From NCBI RefSeq assembly GCF_964204865.1, contig NC_135260.1:6758001-6822000 (forward strand): a DNA stretch of 64,000 bases. The letters are read 5' to 3'. The stretch comes from Styela clava (lineage: Eukaryota). Below, one piece after another: positions 1 through 12,045 of the stretch. Position 1 is the stretch's first letter; the number at the start of each line of letters is the position of its first letter. The notes under the pieces are model-generated. The model did no database searches. It saw only the letters and a list, made by a program, of their open reading frames with translations, and was not told where the DNA came from. The position numbers were made by a program, and so were the translations under genes.

Positions 1-387
1 CATCAAGTTGTGTCAAGGGACTGAAACCTATAAAATCTGAATAAAATCATGGCCAAACCCTAACCTGGTACACACACTACGGGAGTACCCAGAAATTTAT
101 TAAAAACGTAGTAGTATAACAGTGTAATATACTGGTAAAAAACACATTTGACTTTAGCTCCTGTGTTGAACAACTTAATTTAAAGTATTTAATTGAGACA
201 ACTCAGTGTTTTGTCCCTCTAATCATTTGCAAAAATTCGCAACTTGAAATGGCACTATCATCCTTGATAAAAAAAAAACTTCAAGAACGAATCATGTTAG
301 CATGAAATAGAGAAAATGAATTTCTAGATATCCCAAACCTGAAATTACCAAAATATATTGCAAGTGGAAAATGTAATCAAAAAAAGG

Positions 388-587
388 GCGCTTCAGAAGT
401 GTGTGTACCAATATGGAGGTAACTGATTTTGTTTGCCCACTTTACATCAAGTTGTGTAAAGGGACTGAAACCTATGGGCAGGGGGTATATATATTCACTT
501 GGCTAACACAGACAGTTCCCGAGCTCGTAATAGAACTAAAATCAGAATAAAATTACACCCCAACCCTACACATACTACGGAAGTACC
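388..587. mobile_element. Merlin-like MITE family carrying a telomere-like CCCTAACC motif (another partial copy at 1-90)
   Basis: Same sequence as 15143-15346 and 63400-63613; ends GGCGCTTC...GAAGTACC, flanked by AAAAAAAG on both sides. Confidence 0.65.
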
Positions 588-630
588 AAAAAAAAGAAAC
601 AAAATCAAGTGAAATGAACATTTAATATAC

Positions 631-1884
631 CTTGTCTCGAGGAACAGATATGTACTTTGCTATGATTGGTTCTTTTTCAATTATATAATAAGTTTTATCA
701 TCATCACTGGCTTGTTCAAGCTTGTCTGCTTCTTTACCAAAAAGTGCTTTCCATAGTGTTCCCTGGAATTTAGAAAATAAATAGAATCCAATTTTTCATG
801 TTCATATTGTGTAAAGAGAACTTGATAAGACTGGTGGGATGGTGGAGGAGGCCGTAACTGAATAATGATTACATAAAGTATACTGTGACGACAGAGAGGT
901 CAGGAACACTCAATAATTATCCCACAGGAGATTCAAAATTGCAAATCATCAAAGAGTAACCAATGGTATGGAGTAAAAAATGTAACATATTCCTAGCGCT
1001 TAGCATGATGTGTCAATAAATCAGTAACAGACATTTTTTCCACATACTTGTAAGTATGGATAGGCATGTGTCATACAATTGCATGGATTTACACTCAATA
1101 ATATCAATGCTTATTCAATTTAAACCAAAGCAATGATGGAACACAACGACATATATCATGCCAGCCTCCATTGAGACTGTAAATAACACCCACACTCTTT
1201 CCTTATTATCTAAAAGGTGGCCTAGCAGTTAGCTGCCTCAACAGGTGTTTAATAAATTGGTTACGCTATATTATGCCAAAGAGAAAAGTCTAATGAAAAT
1301 ATTGTGGACGGGTTCAATACCAGTAGCTACATGTCAAAGGCAGTAAATTCACACGAAACAAAATTTACATGCAAACCGAGAGGTATTTTAAATACTATTT
1401 ACTAGCATTTATATCATTTTGCCAACTTTCAACATTATTTGAGTAAGTAAAGCGCTACGATTAATATTGATTGTTATTGTTACATCATCAATAAGTCTCA
1501 AAAGAAGCAGTTTTTCAGTATCACCTAGCGAAATTAATTGTACCAACCTTTATAAAAAGTAAAATATTAAGAACTTTCGTTTCTCTTTTACTCGCTTTAT
1601 CTCTAACAACCAGAAGATCAACCATTTGGGAACCGACAACATGTCCAAAATCTGCCAATTTCGTCTAAAAATAAAGCAGTTTCAGCTCTTTAAATTCACG
1701 AGGGAACATCCCACATTACAGCCAAAACCATCACCTGTAGTTCAGCGACAGATTTCACTCGATCTTGAGAATATTGAATCATTTCACTGAATAGTAAAGC
1801 AAATACACTCAAACAAACTTCTTGTCTTCCTTTACTCAGAGGTCTTTCAATAATTTGATTTTTGGATCTTTTGCTATGATCCAT
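631..1884 (-). CDS. TRAPPC5: Trafficking protein particle complex subunit 5 (TRAPPC5/Trs31); 3'-partial, remaining exon(s) probably lie outside the window
   Basis: Exons 1884-1735 (MDHSKRSK...EVCLSVFALLFSEMIQYSQDRVKSVAELQ), 1664-1548 (TKLADFGHVVG...KRETKVLNILLFIK) and 762-631 (GTLWKALFGKEADKLEQASDDDKTYYIIEKEP...YISVPRDK). All introns are GT-AG, phase 0. The motifs match TRAPPC5. Confidence 0.93.
830..935 (-). mobile_element. tRNA-derived SINE fragment
   Basis: GATGGTGGAGGAGGCCGTAAC core is shared with the copies at 25893-26090, 42672-42840 and 46737-46962. Confidence 0.5.
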
Positions 1885-2562
1885 GTTCTGTATTTTAATC
1901 TACTATTATTCATAAAAAAGCTATAATATTAACACAAAACCAGTTGAAAACATTTGACAGCAGGTAATTATAGATTAGAATAAAAGTCAAGCGATGATAA
2001 AATATGAGGGATTTCTAGAGATGAAGGCACACTCTCAATAATATCATCAAGATAAAGATTGCCGATCTTTGTTGTTTATGGGAACTTATATTCCAGTTCA
2101 TTGTTTACAGCCAGTGAGCCCAGCCCGGTGGTCCCTGGATTTTCAGAATTGCGCATCCACGGTATCATTATCTCATATCACCACTTTGTGTTGATAACGT
2201 TCATAAAATACTCTTATTTTCTCAATTTTAATTCAAACCAATCAAATATCTAAGTATATCAAGTAAAGGTCTTTACATCATTACATAAATAACGGACAAG
2301 CAGTTTTCTTCAGGAAGTTTATCATTTTCTTTGCTGAAACACATTAATGTAAAGCTACAGTTCCTCAACATTAACAGATCAAAAAGTTTTGTCATATTTT
2401 CAACATAAAATATAGATTTCAATCTGTACATTTTTACCAAAAAGTGGAACCCACAGAAAAATATTCTACCATGACCAAGTATAGTTCAACAAAAAACGAC
2501 AACAAATTCAATCATTTATTGATCAATCATACTTGATGAATGCACAGATAATATCATAACAT

Positions 2563-3099
2563 TTAAGTTGATCGGCAACCCAACACAATCATAATAGAAA
2601 TAAGCAAACTCAGTCCAACAGTTGCGTAACCAGATTTCCGCAAATCCGACATTTCAAATCCTTTTCCAGTATCCCATGCAAGATGTCTCAGTCCATTAAG
2701 AGTGTGAAAAACTATAGGAAGAACAAGGCAAATTTTAAAGTCCATAATCGCCAAATAACCAATCCAAGTATCTCCCCAACTTTGAAATGATAATATAACT
2801 TCATCAAGATTTTTCGGAAGCAAAGGAGATGCGAATGCGAAGGCAGACACAGCACCAGCAAGAAAAATACCAGTTGCACGATGGGTGAGAGACATAGCTG
2901 ATGTAACATGGTGGAGATTATATACTGTTATATGGGGCGACATAGGACGATTCAACGTTTTATTCTTGTTCCAAAATTCATCGATCTGCTCTTGTGCAGT
3001 CCCTGTTGATTTTGGAGCAACGTATCCAGAAAATGCAAGCGGCCTTGTCAATGCCAATATCCGTCCATGATTTCGTCCAATCTGAGACAGCAAAGCCAT
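2563..3099 (-). CDS. SDHC: Succinate dehydrogenase cytochrome b560 subunit, intronless CDS
   Basis: 178-aa ORF with a mitochondrial-presequence-like N-terminus and the motifs FWNKNKTLNRPMSPHITVY, SLTHRATG and HTLNGLRHLAWD. Confidence 0.96.
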   Translation of the reverse strand: MALLSQIGRNHGRILALTRPLAFSGYVAPKSTGTAQEQIDEFWNKNKTLNRPMSPHITVYNLHHVTSAMSLTHRATGIFLAGAVSAFAFASPLLPKNLDEVILSFQSWGDTWIGYLAIMDFKICLVLPIVFHTLNGLRHLAWDTGKGFEMSDLRKSGYATVGLSLLISIMIVLGCRST

Positions 3100-3229
3100 C
3101 TTAATCTAGGCTATATAACTATATATCAAAAAAACAATCAACTGAAAGAATTCAAGTTTTCATTCTACAACATCTAACAAAATAAAGTGTGTATTTGAGA
3201 AGTTGCAAACCTCACTCAAAAACAGAGTA

Positions 3230-3452
3230 CAGTACTTTACGGACCCTAAGGCGCACCAATAAATTGCTTAGATTTGGGTTTAGTTCATATATAAGGCACA
3301 CGGAACTATGCGGCATGCACTGGTACTGGATTTGAGTGTAGGAAATAAAGCATAGTGCACTATCTGATAATATGCCCACTGACTTATAGGGCGCACAATC
3401 GATTTTTGAGAAAAAGGGGATTCAAAGCGCGCCTTACGGTCCGTAAAATAAC
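3230..3452. mobile_element. pogo/Tc1-mariner-like MITE
   Basis: Inverted termini ...TTTACGGACCCTAAGGCGC / GCGCCTTACGGTCCGTAAAA, with TA at the left flank. Confidence 0.6.
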
Positions 3453-4034
3453 CTAAAGTATATTTTGAGTTATTAATATATTTATAATAATATTACATTC
3501 AATACATGAATATTATGACTATTTGATAAACTTAAATCATCAGCAAAGCATATTTTTACCATACTATTACATAGAGATTTTAAATATAAACAGTTTCTGC
3601 CATTAAGACAAACATTACTATAGCAGCCCACAGTTATTTATCGAACACGAAGCACTTCCAGTGTTGGTTAGACTCAAAAACATAAATAAATTTTATGTTT
3701 CAAATTAGCATGGTATTGATTTAAACTCTGTATTATAATTTTTCACCCTGTGCGATGAAATTTTTTGGGGAAATAAATAAAAATTTTTTAGGTTATGATA
3801 TAACAGAGTTTATAAACACTAATGAATCCTCCTTCCAGTTTGATTGCAAGATCTTATTACCACTAAAAGTTACTAACATAAATAGTATGGAATTGAATTC
3901 TACCACAATAACACTAAGTTTGAAGATAAAGAAGATAATATCTTGATAAACACGACCACCATAGCTAAAAAGATAAAGATAAAAAAACAGTATGAAACAT
4001 GAGTTAACACGGTATAAATAAGAAAATTGCCATA

Positions 4035-4228
4035 CCAAGTTTGGCGATCCTGTAGTTTGTGTACCAGGTTAGGGTTAGGACATATTTTTATTCTAATTTC
4101 CCTATTTTAGTTCTATTATGAGTTCGGTGACTAGCCAAGTGACTCAGGTTTGTACCTGAAATTATGGCCTAACCTGGTGCAGATACTACGTTCCGGTGTC
4201 TGCCATCTTGGTTCGCATACTACATAAG
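4035..4228. mobile_element. Degenerate Merlin-like MITE with TTAGGGTTAG motif
   Basis: Homologous to 19243-19488 (GTGTACCAGGTTAGGGTTAG ... TACTACGTTCCGGTGTC.GCCATCTTGGTTC). Confidence 0.65.
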
Positions 4229-4320
4229 TTTTAACTGATTCTGATATTAATGTTCAACAAACATATGGTAACTATTTTCAAGTTTACTGAAATTATAACT
4301 AAACACAAACCCAAATGAAA

Positions 4321-5958
4321 TCAGATCATTTTGGCTACAGCAGCCTCGAGTTTTCCAATTCCTCTAACAATGCCATGCAAGGTCCAAGTATTATTGTCCA
4401 AATTCATGGTTTCTATGGAAACAGTACCTTTGTCTTGCTGTTCTTCCATTCCTCCAATGGCAAATAACTTATCTTCAAATATAGCCGCACTAAAAATGGA
4501 CCGAGGTAAAACCATTCTTGCTATAATGGTCCAAGTGCCAACAGTGGGTACATAATACTCAACAGAGTTAGTGATTTTTCCTGGTTGAATTTCGCCTCCT
4601 AGAACATAAATTCGGCCACAATGGGAAACAGCCGTTGCATCTGCTCTTGGTCTGTTGAGTGGGCTGTTTTCTGAAAACCAAACTCCCATTGATGGATCAA
4701 ACTTATCCATAGTATCAAGTATAATATTTTCTTTACCACGCCCTCCAATGCAATATAAAAAATCACCACAGCCAACGACAACGTGACCATATCTTGCAGT
4801 GGGCATGTTCCGCATACTAAGCCACACATTCTTAGAAGGATGGTAATATTCAGCAGAAGGGGATACAGTTGCACCATCACATTCAATCTTGCCACCTGTA
4901 ACATAGATATGGTGCTTCAAAACTCCTGCTTCAATTTTAGAAATTCTTGTACAAGACAGATTTGCGATTCTACTCCAAACTCCCATTTTGTGTGTGCAGT
5001 TAAGACGATATGCCTCATCCCCCTTTAAAACGTAGATGAATTCTTCCAAGCATAAAGCAGTACAATTTTCGTACATGTTTTTTTCGGGGCCACGCATTTT
5101 GCACACTCTATGGGTGTTGATGTTATAAGCCTTAGTGGTGCATACTGAGCTATCAAACAAAATAACTGCAGGACACAAATCCCTTTTAGATATTCTTGAA
5201 ACTAATTCATTTTCCAACAAAGATCTTGACTCGTCAAAAATGCTAAACAATGGTTCATTTCGAATTGTCTGCAAAAGAAAAGGGTTTGAAAGTCGACTTA
5301 TATCGATGTACTGAAGAAGCACAGGAAATTCATTCGATCTAGACATGAAATCATGGTGTATCCAGTTGATGATTGCAAAGTAAGCGACAGTCGATGGTAA
5401 ATCTATATTTCTAGGAGCTTTGAGAAAAAACAAAACATCAGTTTTATTCAATTTGAGAAATTCGTTTTCCACACTAATATCTGCAAAATGTTCCAATCCA
5501 AACTCTTCTGCAGCCTTTTTCAATCTTTCGTGTCCATGTTTAATTGCCAACTCTCGAGCAAAAAGGCATCGTTTCCCAGTCATAGCAGCAACAAGGTAAT
5601 TAGCACATCTTTCAGCAATATCAGGTAGCTGCAATTTACTACAAGCTTCCCATAGAGGACAAACATTTTTATCTGTAACGTTTGCAGTTCCCGTATAAAT
5701 AAACTCGATACATTGTTTTACAATATCTGGCTCAGTGTCTTCAATAGTTACTACTTCCTCTTTTTTATCTTCGGAAAAAAGATTCCGGAAATATTCTGAA
5801 GAGACAGCTAACAGATAACGATGTGCAAGATAAGTTTCTTTGCCAACAACAATAGTGACATCACAAAGAAGTCCTTCTTTTCGACTGCGGTTTAAAGATT
5901 TCAAGGTCTCTGCAGCATGTCTGATGACACGTATTTCATTTCCACTTATTTCAGTCAT
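4321..5958 (-). CDS. BTB-BACK-Kelch (kelch-like) protein, intronless CDS; probable CUL3 substrate adaptor
   Basis: 545-aa ORF with BTB (LCDVTIVVG...AHRYLLAVSSEYFRNLF), BACK (AIINWIHHD) and Kelch repeats (IYVTGG, LYCIGG, IYVLGG, LFAIGG). Confidence 0.93.
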   Translation of the reverse strand: MTEISGNEIRVIRHAAETLKSLNRSRKEGLLCDVTIVVGKETYLAHRYLLAVSSEYFRNLFSEDKKEEVVTIEDTEPDIVKQCIEFIYTGTANVTDKNVCPLWEACSKLQLPDIAERCANYLVAAMTGKRCLFARELAIKHGHERLKKAAEEFGLEHFADISVENEFLKLNKTDVLFFLKAPRNIDLPSTVAYFAIINWIHHDFMSRSNEFPVLLQYIDISRLSNPFLLQTIRNEPLFSIFDESRSLLENELVSRISKRDLCPAVILFDSSVCTTKAYNINTHRVCKMRGPEKNMYENCTALCLEEFIYVLKGDEAYRLNCTHKMGVWSRIANLSCTRISKIEAGVLKHHIYVTGGKIECDGATVSPSAEYYHPSKNVWLSMRNMPTARYGHVVVGCGDFLYCIGGRGKENIILDTMDKFDPSMGVWFSENSPLNRPRADATAVSHCGRIYVLGGEIQPGKITNSVEYYVPTVGTWTIIARMVLPRSIFSAAIFEDKLFAIGGMEEQQDKGTVSIETMNLDNNTWTLHGIVRGIGKLEAAVAKMI

Positions 5959-7219
5959 GTTTATTACCTATCTACAAATTACAGATATAATCTGGTAATA
6001 GACAAAAATGCATGATACATTAAAGCAAAAATGAACAAATTATAAAGCATAGAACCTGGCTTATTAATCTAACATCAAACAAATGACACGAAAAAATACA
6101 ACATTTCAATAATGAAATCAGAAACAATCAATGTATTGATAAGATATGCAATCTAGTATCTATCCATGTAAATCTTTTTAGTTGCAAAACATATACATCA
6201 GATATTTTAATAGACCGGCAGCTATTGAAAAGAGTATCAAAAAATTTTGTTGAGTGAAATTCAAGTTATTATTATTCAGAATATCAAAGTTTGATAAATT
6301 AACTCTTCGATAATAATAAAACTATGATTTACATCGAATAGGATTTAGAAAATAATTTCGCTTCAAATGAGTTTGATCAGATTATTATAATTTAAAATAC
6401 ATTGTAATTCTTAAACTTTATATAAATCCACATTGGGACATCCTCAAACTATGGCTTGAATTATGATAGTCTGAAAATGATTAGATGACAATGTATCATA
6501 AAGTCAGCAATATAAGAATCAGGTTTTCATACATAATATTATAAAATTTCAAGACTTCAAGCAGACTGGAACATTCAAATTTCAAATTATTTGCATCTCA
6601 AATACCATTGACCAGAGCAATTAACCTATCATATAAATTTTATAAAAGTCTGCTAATAATCCTCATAAAACACACTCATAGAAGAGACGATTTCAAATGA
6701 TTGAAAAGAAATCAAAAAGAAAAATCAAGTTGATAGCACGAAAAGCACAAAATATTTGTTTAAAAGAATAAGGATATACTTTGATAACAGATTTGAACAT
6801 ACAGACTCAAATTAATATTCACATTTCACAAACTGATAAATATAGAAAAGATATGATATGAAATCTGCATTAATTAAATGGAATCAATGTGAATTGAATA
6901 ACTGTTTTTTAAATAGGTGATTCAGTGATAGGTTATTATTTGATTTTTTTATATCTGGAATATTATTTTTGAATAACAAGAATGGCATCTAATATTTTTG
7001 AAACGCTTGGCAAATATGATTTAACCGCACGAAAACTATCAATATTCAAAATAGTTTAAAATGTCCAAGTTTTTGAAGAACTTGACACATTGCCAGGTAT
7101 TTAAATATAATGATCAAAAGTGTCACAAAACCCTAGATAATGATTATAAAAATAGTCATTTGAAATAGCGAAAAGATATTGCAGATTGAAGGAGACGAAA
7201 GTTTCGAAAGATTTTTTAA

Positions 7220-8155
7220 TCAACCAGTGAAACGCTGCGTTGAATCTTCGATCGCTTTCTGCGGTCTTCGTTGTTGACCCTCCCCCTTTCTCCATAAAGT
7301 GATTTCTTGCTGCTTGAAATATCGACGTTCCTCTTCATCAATGAGGACAAGATTAAGAAGATAGCGAACAGAAAACTTTTTGTATATATCTCTCATTGTT
7401 GGAGTGAGGTTATATCCAGCAAGGAACAAACGAATTGGTATTGATTCCCCTTTGACAGGAGCTCCATCCATGATTTCATATTTTGCTATAGTTTCCTCGT
7501 CATGAAAAACGTTTGGTCCGCTGCCCATTGTTTCACGTTTGATAACATGGATTTCCATATGCTTTATCTTAACTCTCACGAGAAGGTAGTAAATCTTTCC
7601 AATGATTGCATCTTTGAGGTGATACTTCTGCTTATTATACTCAAACTCAATATGTAAACAATCTTCAATCCCGACCTCCATTTTTAGACTATTATTGTGC
7701 TCTGGATATGCACTCAACATGTGAACTACAATTTCAAGCTCTTTTGTTTGGTCAGTTAAACGTTTGCTAATGGTCACTCGTAGGAAATAACGAAGCCTTA
7801 CATTAGGACTAGTGTAGGACTCGTAGGGCTTTTCGACATGAGGAAATTCAAAAGGATACGATTTGTTTTCAGTGAGAATCCCAGCTGGTGCGAGTTGCTT
7901 CACCAAATTGGTGAAATCATGTCGACTCGAACGGTCGTATAAAATCTCTATTTGACCAACCAGTTCCACTTTGATGCCTTTATGTTCTAATTTTCCACTT
8001 TTGATCCCCAAATTAACTGTTCCTGAAACTGTTTCTCCATCATAATAAACAAATAATGGTTCCTTATGATCTCCATGTTGTACTTTTTCACGTTTTTCAA
8101 TCGCATCAAGGTTGATTTTAATATCGGCGCTTTGGCCTAAGCCGAAAAAACTCAT
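7220..8155 (-). CDS. VPS26: Vacuolar protein sorting 26 (retromer subunit), intronless CDS, 311 aa
   Basis: ATG at 8155 (MSFFGLGQSADI); motifs VEKPYESY, MEVGIEDCLHIEFEYNK, EIMDGAPVKGESIPIRLFL and DEEERRYFKQQEITLWRK. Confidence 0.97.
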   Translation of the reverse strand: MSFFGLGQSADIKINLDAIEKREKVQHGDHKEPLFVYYDGETVSGTVNLGIKSGKLEHKGIKVELVGQIEILYDRSSRHDFTNLVKQLAPAGILTENKSYPFEFPHVEKPYESYTSPNVRLRYFLRVTISKRLTDQTKELEIVVHMLSAYPEHNNSLKMEVGIEDCLHIEFEYNKQKYHLKDAIIGKIYYLLVRVKIKHMEIHVIKRETMGSGPNVFHDEETIAKYEIMDGAPVKGESIPIRLFLAGYNLTPTMRDIYKKFSVRYLLNLVLIDEEERRYFKQQEITLWRKGEGQQRRPQKAIEDSTQRFTG

Positions 8156-9639
8156 AGTGATTGAAAATCTGTAAAACAATTAGCAAAAATATGCCTGATC
8201 ACTGAATTACAAAAAAAGTACAACTGATAAATAAAAAACCCTTTAGACATAAATCCTAACGGGAAATTAAGTTAGAAAAAATAAAATTTGTTGAAATGAT
8301 AAATCCAATAACTCAGATATTACAAATTACAATTACAAGCCTTGTGCAACGACACCAAAAGTCGAGCACTCAGATTAAAAAAAAAATCGATCAAACAGTT
8401 ATGCAAATTTTGTAGTAATGAATTTACATCTTTTGACCAGTACAGGGTAGGGAATTGTCAAACTTAGCAAACGCTTGATTTTCCCCAAAAATTTGCCATA
8501 TTCTACGATAAAAATTTTCGTTGTATCTTTCTACAGAGAGTTAAAATCCAGAAATTCTAGGGTTAGCATTGCTAGTTCAGAGTTCTTAGCCCTGCAGCGC
8601 GTAAGTCTGTAAGTTGATCGCAAACTGGTGACTGGGTAGGCCACCAAAAGATTTGAAGATAATGAAAGTTGAAAGAAAAACCTTGCTTGTGCATTAGTCT
8701 GGTATCGGTAGGGTGGCTTACCCACTTTGCGGCCACGACCTATTTGCGGCATCAACTCCATCGATCTAATTAGTGCCATAAAAATTAACGAACCGCGACG
8801 ATATTTCTCACGCGTGATCGTCCATTTGTCCCTCATATCTCTGCAAATTACACTAAAATGCGGCCACAAACAAAAAAGTTACAACCGAAAACCCGACCAA
8901 AGAAAAAAAACGGACCATTTTTTCATGTCGCCAACTACCCATTGTCCCCTTAAAAAAACTTGAAAATCCATACAAATATAAGAGATAAAAAGATGAAACT
9001 TGGCAAGGGGATAGAACTGTGTTTCTTTTAACCATTTTTAAATTTTCGCGTTTCTACATTTAAAGGAGGGGGAATAGGGGTGCGCATTTCCAATACGTCG
9101 ATAATATCTTTGAAGACCGATTTGCGACCACCGTGTTTGTGTCTGTTTGATTGCTGTGATGCGGTGCTTTGTATATAATTTGACAAGTTTTGTTCGAAAT
9201 CACCGTGTTCTTAAAATATAAGACAGTCAGAAATGCAATTAGAAGCCCAATTTTTTCACGCATGGCTGCGTATGCCCTAGTCTTGACGCAGCAGAAAGGA
9301 TGTTCGAGGCTTGAAATCCGTGGTCGCACACTGGTTGTTCGGTCGCAAATACGCCTTCCGAGTGTCATACTTTGGTGGTTTGTATAGCTTCAACCCCTGG
9401 TCGTAGAAAGTTAATTCGAGGTTTAGCGTGTAGAATAAATGCCAATGCACCTACGGTGAAAAAATAATTGTTTTATAGTGGTTTGAATGAAATCGTCTGC
9501 ATACTTGCTACACCACCCTAGTTGTTCAAATAACTAGACTGCGTTACCGATACCATAGGCCGGGTCTCATGTAGTTTCGTACCTAATCCACTTCTAGTGT
9601 GAGTAGCATAACAATTTTTTGAAATATCAATCCAAACCC

Positions 9640-9740
9640 TCACCTGACTACGGTACGCCATCTAAAAATTACCGGTACGTCACAGTGACGTAATAGAGCT
9701 CTTCAGAGCCATAGCGGTACCGGGTACCGGTACTTGCATT
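9640..9740 (-). promoter_or_regulatory. Candidate promoter / first mini-exon for the minus-strand gene cluster
   Basis: On the minus strand, TTTTTAG|ATGGCGTACCGTAGTCAG|GTGAG (YY1-like ATGGCG, donor at 9643). The stretch also has the palindrome TACGTCAC-A-GTGACGTA and clustered TACCGGTA/TACGGTA words. Confidence 0.45.
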
Positions 9741-10744
9741 TTCCTTACACAGTTACATCTACCACTGTACCACCTGACCTTCGGCCACGCTAACCAGCGG
9801 CATGAAAAATTAGCTTTCCCAAATATACTGTAATATATATAATATAACACTGAGGTTTAAACACAGCACAACACAAGTCCGGCTTTTTCTTCGGTAGCGA
9901 TTGCCACAAAGCACGTGACCTGAGTAGCAAATCTGAAAATGCGACACAACTTAGCCAGTGACCTACAAAACTACCGCCCGTGGACTGGCAGAAAAGAAAG
10001 CAAATGCTATTCCACAGTTCTTCATTCCAAAAACGTGCAAAGGAAACGGAAAAAGTAAAGCAAATCTTCGCACGTTAATGTGGCACCGGTATCTAAAACA
10101 CACCAACTATACCCCCGCCCCAATGCCAATGATATTTATGATAAAAGGTGCAAATTTTGCATCGTAATCACTTGCTCGGACACAACCAAAAACAAGTAAA
10201 ACATGAATGATTTATATATATATATATATATATATAAGAAATCGACGATACAATCTCGACAAAAAGATGTCTATCAATGATGCATCCCTTGGAGTTGGAT
10301 GGATAGTCACATTGGTAATACGAACGTGGCAGTGACAGAAGTGGAATGTAAAGACATATTTCCTGGTCATACACCTCACGGAATGCGACGATAAATCAAC
10401 AGGCTTACATAAGAACACCAGCGAATGTTATGGCAAAAGTCTAATATCAAGATACTACAAAGAAAAAATCAATATTAGTCTTCAGCAACATGTGCAGGAG
10501 AGCCTCGACATCTACATTCTACACCAAAATGAGAATGCAATGACCGGAAGAAGAAAAAACAAGAGAGCAATGCTCAAATAAATAAACACGAAAGCCAAAA
10601 CGAAATATTTCACCCACAATTTTCCCCAAAATAATATCGTCGACGAATCTGAAACTAGTACAATTGTACTGGTATAGGTGCTGGGCATGTCTCAGCTTTA
10701 CCGAGTCCTGTGACGATGATACGTCTAGTGCCAACGTGAATTAT

Positions 10745-10880
10745 GATAGGATTTCGCCTACATATTTATCCCGGGGGAGATGAAAGCCGCTAAATCGGCT
10801 TAAGCGTATGGCGATCCACGACCTCTCGTTAGGTTACCAGTCCTTGTCGGGTATGCGATTAGTTAGCCAGTTATATGTTT
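10745..10880 (-). mobile_element. SINE 3' end
   Basis: Reverse complement of the family tail ...CCCGACAAGGACTGGTAACC...GGATAAATATGTAGGCGAAATCCTATC. Confidence 0.6.
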
Positions 10881-11298
10881 CGGTGACCGTACATTTGAAC
10901 CCATACATTTGCACCCGTGTATCCGCGAGTTAAATCTATACGAAGGTGCTGAAATCCATATTAACAGTAGTTTACCCATCGCAAGCGTAAATATAAATTT
11001 TATCTCATATGAGCTTACCCGCGTAACTGCGCGTATGGGATTGTTTACGTCGTTCTACGCGCATTTCCGTCGAAAAAATTTATTTTTTTTGCATTGAGGG
11101 TGGTCTGTGCAGTAATAATGAGAGCTGTGACGTCATCAAAATCGGTAATTGAAGCGTTGAACATGATAATTCTGTAAATAAAATTGTGAATTTCAGAGTA
11201 ATAACCATTTATGCTATAATAGTCGTTTCGGTATTGTTATGTTGGGAAAAACTTGACGAAAACGTTGAAGAAAAAATTAATTAATTTGGAATTAATTA

Positions 11299-11533
11299 TT
11301 AACCCTCTAGTGTACACAGACTTTCTCAAGGTCCAATTTTTTTTTTAGAAATTTTTTTGCATAAATTTTTTTTTTCGGAGGAGTGTGTTTTAAAGATATA
11401 TTGCCGAATAGAACTCTAGCACACGCTTTTAAAAAGCCAAGAGTGAAGCTTCAGGGCTTAATGGTTGACAAAAAAAATAATTTTAAAATTGCCCATGCAA
11501 AATGGCATGGGCTCAGGTCGCTGGGAGGGTGAA
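11299..11533. mobile_element. Possible piggyBac-like non-autonomous remnant (unit A only)
   Basis: Begins TTAACCCT and ends GCTGGGAGGG(TGAA), with a subterminal palindrome GCCCATGC-AAAATG-GCATGGGC. Confidence 0.4.
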
Positions 11534-11702
11534 CTTTGCTATTCGTACAAGATCTGATTGTAATTCACCAGTTGTGTGTTCAAGAGCAACCTTTCCACTT
11601 GTGAATGACTGAACGACCCATATTAGAGAACTAAGATTCTGATATTCAACATCCGGAAAATAGGCTCTGAAGTTGTTTAGTAGTAGCACATCAAGATGCT
11701 TA

Positions 11703-12045
11703 CTGTGTTTCCCCGAAAATAAGACAGGGTCTTATTTCAATTTAAAAATTCTCTAAAATTATCACTAGTACTTATTTTTGGGGATGCCTTTTATTTTCAT
11801 TTGTCAAAAACAAAATTACAAAGTATAAAGTTACGAGATTTTTAAATATACTTACTCACTTTTTATTTGAAATAACTGCTAAATATAGATTATAATCTTT
11901 TTAAACGTGTATATATATGTCTTGCTATCGAATAGTTAAAAAAAAGTTTGTGCTATCGACTAGGACTAGGTCTTATTTTAAGGAGAGGGCCTATATTGAA
12001 ATCATTCAAAAATTCAGGCTAGGTCTTATTTTCGGGGAAACACGG
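11703..12045. mobile_element. pogo/Tigger-like MITE (copy at 29330-29666)
   Basis: TIRs C(T/C)GTGTTTCCCCGAAAATAAGAC / GTCTTATTTTCGGGGAAACACGG, with TA at the left flank. Confidence 0.75.

Noticed and set aside
1696-1734. ORF-track tail of TRAPPC5 exon 1 (VMVLAVMWDVPS)
   Set aside because: This is intron read-through after the donor at 1734.
8156-8179. ORF-track N-terminal extension of VPS26 (MFYRFSIT)
   Set aside because: It starts at a non-ATG codon and crosses a splice acceptor; the conserved start is MSFFG at 8155.
9560-9640. snRNA suggested by an Sm-like AATTTTTTG
   Set aside because: No recognisable U snRNA or SL RNA sequence or flanking stems, and the motif is expected by chance in AT-rich DNA.
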